DNA of 64,000 nucleotides from Pseudomonadota bacterium (GTDB lineage Bacteria; Chloroflexota; UBA5177; JAJPKF01). The notes beneath the pieces are model-generated. The model did not search any database. It was not told where the DNA came from and saw only the letters and a list, made by a program, of their open reading frames with translations. The translations under genes were made by a program, and so were the position numbers. Location: NCBI GenBank assembly GCA_021323865.1, contig JAJPKF010000019.1, positions 130,747 to 194,746 of the forward strand, given 5' to 3'. This document shows, piece after piece, positions 59,787 through 64,000 of the stretch. Each line of letters opens with the position of its first letter. Within the stretch, counting starts at the first letter, position 1.

Positions 59787-60991
59787 GAAATCGGAATCCT
59801 TCCCAAGCGAACCGGGCGCCCAGAGGCCTTCGGATCGGGATTCTGACCTACGGCATGGGGAAGGAGCTCACGGGTATCGGCACCTATACCCGTGATCTCA
59901 CCTATGCCGTGCGTGAGGCATCCCCCGAGACGGAGATCATCCTGCTGAATCCTCATCCGGAGTCGACCCTGGACTGGTACAACGACTTTCCGGTCTTGGC
60001 GCTTCCGATGCTGGCCACGCCGGCCCCCATGGTCGCGCTCGGCGCCATGGTCCTCGCATGGGTCAGTCGCCGGCTGGGCTTGGACATTCTGCACGATGCC
60101 TGCAATATCGCCCCGTTCCTGGCGCCCAGGCTGGGAGTACGGCGGGTGGTGACCGTCTACGACACCATTCCACTGCTGGCGCCACAGGCCTATCCGCTCA
60201 TGCACCGTGTGGCCTACCGGACGTTCATTCCGGCCGCCCGTTGGACGGCCGATGCGGTCATGACCGTGAGTGAGGAGTCGGCTCGTGACATCTCCAGACT
60301 GACGGGGATTCCGCGGCACAAGGTGCACGTGACCTATCCGGGTATCCGTTTGCCCTCGGAACAGGAGCTGGCCGGCTGGCGCAACAAGGTCCCCGAGGTC
60401 CTCTCCCAGTTCGGCATCACCGAGCCGTACTTTCTCTATCCCGGCGCTCTGAATCCCCGCAAGAACATGGTCCGCGTCACGCAGGCGTTCGAGTCGCTAT
60501 TGCAGCGTGACTCTGAGGTACAGTTGGTTCTCGTCGGTCCAAACAGCTGGCCCTCGGAGAAGGTTGAGCGGGCCGCCGCCCGGATTGGACGGCGGTTGCT
60601 GCGACTGGGGTATGTGGATGCGGAAACCCTACATATCCTCTATACTGGTGCTCGGGCCGTCGTGTACGTGTCGTTGTATGAGGGCTTCGGCTTTCCGGTC
60701 CTCGAAGCCATGGCGCATGGCACCGCGGTCATTACGTCGAATCGGTCATCATTACCGGAGGTCGCGGGCGACGCCGGCTTGCTGGTCGATCCGACGGAGC
60801 CTGGGGAAATAGAAGGTGCAATGGACCGGTTACTGTCTGACCGCTTTCTCGCCTCCTCGCTTTCGGAGCGGGGCCGGAACAGGGCGGCAGAATTCTCGTG
60901 GGCTCGGTCTGCTCAGGAAGCGCTTCGAGTGTATCGGGCGGTCGCGGGTTGTCCATCACCCCCGAACCCGGAGCACATTGGGTCCGACTGA
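59783..60991 (+). CDS. GT4 glycosyltransferase
   Basis: ATGA overlap with upstream GT4; 'VSLYEGFGFPVLEAMAHGTAVITSNRSSLPEVAGDAGLLVDP' EX7E motif. Confidence 0.8.
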   Translation: MRNRNPSQANRAPRGLRIGILTYGMGKELTGIGTYTRDLTYAVREASPETEIILLNPHPESTLDWYNDFPVLALPMLATPAPMVALGAMVLAWVSRRLGLDILHDACNIAPFLAPRLGVRRVVTVYDTIPLLAPQAYPLMHRVAYRTFIPAARWTADAVMTVSEESARDISRLTGIPRHKVHVTYPGIRLPSEQELAGWRNKVPEVLSQFGITEPYFLYPGALNPRKNMVRVTQAFESLLQRDSEVQLVLVGPNSWPSEKVERAAARIGRRLLRLGYVDAETLHILYTGARAVVYVSLYEGFGFPVLEAMAHGTAVITSNRSSLPEVAGDAGLLVDPTEPGEIEGAMDRLLSDRFLASSLSERGRNRAAEFSWARSAQEALRVYRAVAGCPSPPNPEHIGSD

Positions 60992-61048
60992 CGCAATGTC
61001 TCGTTCTGGAGTTCCGACAGCGCACCCCAACTTAGACGGTGACCGGCC

Positions 61049-62911
61049 GTGAGTGAATCGACCGCGACGCGCATGCAGGAGCCTGCGGCCACACCAGTCG
61101 ACACGCCAACTGTAGCGTCCGACCCTCGCCGCAGGGCTCGTCGCCTATCCCTCCGTGCAACCACCGTCCAAATGCTTGCCCAGTGGGTCATGGTCTTGGG
61201 GTTTGTGGTCTTTGCGTATCTCGTCGTCCGCCGACCATTCCAGAGTGATCCCTCCGTCCAGAATCTTGCGGTTCTGATCGATCTCCTCATCGCCACACTG
61301 AGCACCGGCATCGCGGCGGCATCGGTTCGGTCGGGACGGAGCTGGGTGATATTTTCGGCTCATCTGGTCGTTGCCGGGTTCTTGGTGCGCCTGATCCCCA
61401 GCCTGATCCTGTCTCTTCCGCCGTATCAAGATCCGTATCCGTACTTTTCGACCTTCCTCATCGCATGGAGGAGCAAGTCGTTCTCGCCGACCTCGTTCTC
61501 CTGGTTCAAGGCGACTCCGGCCGAGCTCCACTGGCCACTGCTGCAGTCCCTGACGGTCGAGATTCGGGCGTGGACGGGCATGTCGCTGACCGACCTGATC
61601 ATCCTTGTGCCACCCGCACTGGGAGCGCTCACCTGTGTTGCCGCTTCGCTGGTGGCCTACAGTGTGTATCGATCCTGGCGAACCGCGGCCATTGCCGGGC
61701 TCCTGGTGAGCTTCACCGACGTGGTGATCTTCTATCAAAGCGAGTACCACCCGCAGGGGGTGGCTCTCCTGACGTTTTCGCTGCTCATCTACTTGATCCT
61801 GGAGTCCCGAGCTGCTCTGCGCCTCGGTGCGAGCATCCTCACCCTTCTCGTAGCCGGCGCGTTCCTCCTGACGCACCACGCCTCGGCGCTGGTCGTCCCG
61901 CTCGTGTTGCTACCGTTGCTGGCGATCCCCTTCCTGGCCAGACTTGTGACGACCTATGGGTCAGAGGGTTGGCTGGCAAGATTCAAGCTTCGCGAGATGC
62001 TAAAGGACCTGGACATGGGGCCCTTCGAGCGGCTGGTCCCCATCGTCCTGCTGCTTGTCGTGTGTGGGCTGAGCATGCAGATCTTCTTGTCGAATTCGAT
62101 TCTGTTGCTGGTTGTTCACCAGTTCGATCGAGGCGGTCTGCCCATTGCCAATGCCTCTACCGGCACGAGTCTCTGGCTCCTGCTGCTCCGCTTCGGCAAA
62201 TACCTGCTGCTGCCGATCAGCTTCGTGGGTCTCTTCCTGAGTGCCAGGCGCATGGACGCGAAGCGACTGATCCTGCTGGTGCTGGCGGTTGGACTGGCGG
62301 CCGCAAGCGCTCCCGCCCTGGCGACGGGCAGCACCAGCATCGACCGCATCATTAGTTTCTGGGCGCTGTTCGCCTCGGTCCTTGCCGCCTTCGGGTTGAC
62401 TCGTTGGCTGCCCGGCGCGCTCGGGATTCGACGTTGGGCCGGAGCCTTAGCCGTAGGCGCCATTGCCATCTACAGCTCACTCGGGATCCTCGACGCCCAA
62501 ATCCCGGCCTTCTACCTGAGCCACACGCCTCGCGTCCGGGGACTGTTCTACGGCAACGCACTCCCCAATTCCCGAAGCATCGCGCTGGCCGGCCATTGGG
62601 TTCGATATCACATCCCGCGAACGGCCTACGTGGACACTGATTTCGCTACGCGTGTCGGCGTCTTCTTCTTCGGTCGGATCCCCTTCAATCAGGCCATTTA
62701 CACGCCCCTTCGAGTGCCGTGGAGGGACTATTGCAAGGCGAGTTACGTGGTCGTCGACCCGGCGATGGACCGCGGATTCGACATGCCGGGGCCGGTCCCC
62801 ATCAATTACTCGGGCTATGCCCGGATCTATGACAACGGCTCCGTTGTGGTGTACCAGCGGCAGCGGGGACAGACCTGCACCTTTAATCCGTTGGCGAGGC
62901 CGAAGCACTGA
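61049..62911 (+). CDS. polytopic membrane protein, possible GT-C-type glycosyltransferase or polymerase
   Basis: 620 aa; >=10 TM helices followed by C-terminal soluble domain; context within glycan cluster. Confidence 0.5.
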   Translation: MSESTATRMQEPAATPVDTPTVASDPRRRARRLSLRATTVQMLAQWVMVLGFVVFAYLVVRRPFQSDPSVQNLAVLIDLLIATLSTGIAAASVRSGRSWVIFSAHLVVAGFLVRLIPSLILSLPPYQDPYPYFSTFLIAWRSKSFSPTSFSWFKATPAELHWPLLQSLTVEIRAWTGMSLTDLIILVPPALGALTCVAASLVAYSVYRSWRTAAIAGLLVSFTDVVIFYQSEYHPQGVALLTFSLLIYLILESRAALRLGASILTLLVAGAFLLTHHASALVVPLVLLPLLAIPFLARLVTTYGSEGWLARFKLREMLKDLDMGPFERLVPIVLLLVVCGLSMQIFLSNSILLLVVHQFDRGGLPIANASTGTSLWLLLLRFGKYLLLPISFVGLFLSARRMDAKRLILLVLAVGLAAASAPALATGSTSIDRIISFWALFASVLAAFGLTRWLPGALGIRRWAGALAVGAIAIYSSLGILDAQIPAFYLSHTPRVRGLFYGNALPNSRSIALAGHWVRYHIPRTAYVDTDFATRVGVFFFGRIPFNQAIYTPLRVPWRDYCKASYVVVDPAMDRGFDMPGPVPINYSGYARIYDNGSVVVYQRQRGQTCTFNPLARPKH

Positions 62912-62929
62912 TGCACGCGAGCGCGCGAC

Positions 62930-63601
62930 ATGCCTAGTTTCCTCGCCCTTACCGTATCGCTCTTCGTCTTCTGGACGTTTGGGGCGTTGATCGTGTCCGT
63001 GTGCTGTCCGCGATTCTTTACCCCATGGCCGATCTCTTGGGCGGTATCGCTGCTCAGCGGCATCGCCATGATGGGCGTGCTCGGGGTGGGGCTTGGTCTT
63101 GTAACGTCCGGTTCCCCCTGGTTCTCGCGGTCTGCCACGGTAGAGCTGCCGGTCGCGGTCGTGGTCGCCATTCTGCTGATTGTTCGCTGGGTTCGCGATC
63201 AAAGACGCGCCGGCGGCTTGCCCGCTCCCCGGCTGACACGATTGTCGGGACCCTTTGTGCTCTCCATCCTCAGTCTCGTTCTCTTCGTGGCTATGGTTTC
63301 GGTGGTATGGGCCAAGCGACCGCAGCCGGCAGGAGCCATTCAGCTGAGCGGCGCAAGACAAGGCTCTGCGGCGGTGCTCACAGTCTTGTCGACCTACGCA
63401 AAACCGGTCACTATTCGGCTCAACGCCGTCTGGACGGCCAACGCTGGAACCCATTCACGGCCCCTCGGTCCGATACGGATCGGCACCAAGCCCGTGCACT
63501 TTACGATCCCCGTTCCATACCAGCTGAAGGTGAGTTTGTACCGTGTACAATCCGGATCCAGCCAGGGTCGAGCCGTCCAGTGGCTTGTCCTCCCGCCATA
63601 G
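62930..63601 (+). CDS. hypothetical membrane protein
   Basis: 223 aa; 4 predicted TM helices, then about 100-aa soluble tail; ATG 19 nt after upstream stop. Confidence 0.5.
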   Translation: MPSFLALTVSLFVFWTFGALIVSVCCPRFFTPWPISWAVSLLSGIAMMGVLGVGLGLVTSGSPWFSRSATVELPVAVVVAILLIVRWVRDQRRAGGLPAPRLTRLSGPFVLSILSLVLFVAMVSVVWAKRPQPAGAIQLSGARQGSAAVLTVLSTYAKPVTIRLNAVWTANAGTHSRPLGPIRIGTKPVHFTIPVPYQLKVSLYRVQSGSSQGRAVQWLVLPP

Positions 63602-63640
63602 ATCCGGGAACCTCCTCAACGGACAAGGAGCTTTTTTGAG

Positions 63641-64000
63641 ATGGGCGGGCGGAAGCCCGGCCTGAACGTCGCCTATGTCACCTGGCAGTTTCCGCCCTAT
63701 GTGACGGGCGGCTCGGGCCAGTACGCGGCGGAGCTGGTTCCCGCGCTTCAAGATGCCGGGTGCGAGATAACGGTGTTTGCCCCGGAGGGGGCGAGCCTCG
63801 ACGGGGTCCGTACGGTTGCCGTCAGTCCCGAGCCTGCGGGCTTGGTCGCCTTCTGGCGGCGCCTTCCGGCGGTTGTTGGCCGGTTTCCCAGCAAGCACTT
63901 CGATGTGATACATGGCAACGATATCTGGGATCTGTCGCTCCGCCGTGAGGGCCGGCCCGCCGCGCGGGTCATGGGTGCACACCACGTTCGGCAGCGGAAG
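63641..64000 (+). CDS. GT4 glycosyltransferase (5' partial, continues beyond window)
   Basis: ATG 63641 after AAGGAG; 'VAYVTWQFPPYVTGGSGQYAAEL' GT4 N-terminal glycine-rich motif. Confidence 0.6.
   Translation, partial: MGGRKPGLNVAYVTWQFPPYVTGGSGQYAAELVPALQDAGCEITVFAPEGASLDGVRTVAVSPEPAGLVAFWRRLPAVVGRFPSKHFDVIHGNDIWDLSLRREGRPAARVMGAHHVRQRK

Noticed and set aside
1-64000. Search for tRNA/rRNA genes, CRISPR arrays, IS elements/transposases, integrases, phage genes
   Set aside because: No cloverleaf-compatible conserved tRNA boxes, no regularly spaced direct repeats, and no transposase, integrase or phage-like ORFs were detected by eye. GC content is uniform, so there is no sign of a mobile island.

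Overview
High-GC (about 68-70% GC) bacterial chromosomal window with actinobacterial-style gene content and organisation. That assignment is an inference from the dnaK-grpE-dnaJ-hspR-clpB heat-shock operon and a pimA/pgsA-like phosphatidylinositol-mannoside pair; the CDP-alcohol phosphatidyltransferase motif and PimA similarity behind that pair were recalled from memory, not computed. Coding density is high, with many long antisense 'shadow' ORFs typical of high-GC DNA; these were rejected.

Main blocks, left to right:
- 0.1-7.2 kb, minus strand: an ADP-heptose biosynthesis and transfer operon (gmhA-gmhB-hldE-GT9 heptosyltransferase-two GT-B glycosyltransferases-SDR), tightly translationally coupled.
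- 7.4-10.2 kb: the three-gene proton-translocating transhydrogenase pntAA-pntAB-pntB.
- 10.4-18.2 kb: a mixed block with DUF72, MarR, a phospholipase C/AcpA-type phosphoesterase, a sugar-phosphate isomerase, an MR/MLE enolase, an M24 peptidase and a secreted two-domain blue-copper (cupredoxin) protein.
- 18.2-25.2 kb, minus strand: an overlapping operon hddA-gmhA2-poxB-duplicated membrane protein-G2DH subunit 3-GMC flavoprotein. This places a second, GDP-heptose-type kinase/isomerase pair in front of a quinone-linked dehydrogenase module.
- 26-35 kb: cspA, a Spo0M/arrestin-like protein and the dnaK-grpE-dnaJ-hspR-clpB heat-shock operon, with a sigma70-like promoter overlapping a HAIR-like HspR operator.
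- 35-43 kb: TetR, a second phosphoesterase paralog, two MFS transporters, an M20 peptidase and an aryl-CoA ligase.
- 43-48 kb: a CBS protein, lon and selD.
- 48-52.4 kb: a CMD/AhpD-like protein, a LimC-type SDR, DUF1611, a CDP-alcohol phosphatidyltransferase and a PimA-like GT4.
- 52.5-64 kb: a cell-envelope glycan cluster (lysine-rich secreted protein, DUF4012, CPBP protease, PQQ beta-propeller, three GT4 glycosyltransferases and two polytopic membrane proteins).

Two gene-structure observations stand out:
- selD is a selenoprotein gene. An in-frame TGA (Sec) sits in the conserved active-site motif and truncated the automatic ORF call.
- The pimA-like GT4 has 49 conserved N-terminal codons that follow an in-frame TAG and contain no ATG, GTG or TTG, implying a CTG (or ATC) start or a sequence error.

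No rRNA, tRNA, CRISPR or obvious mobile elements were found.
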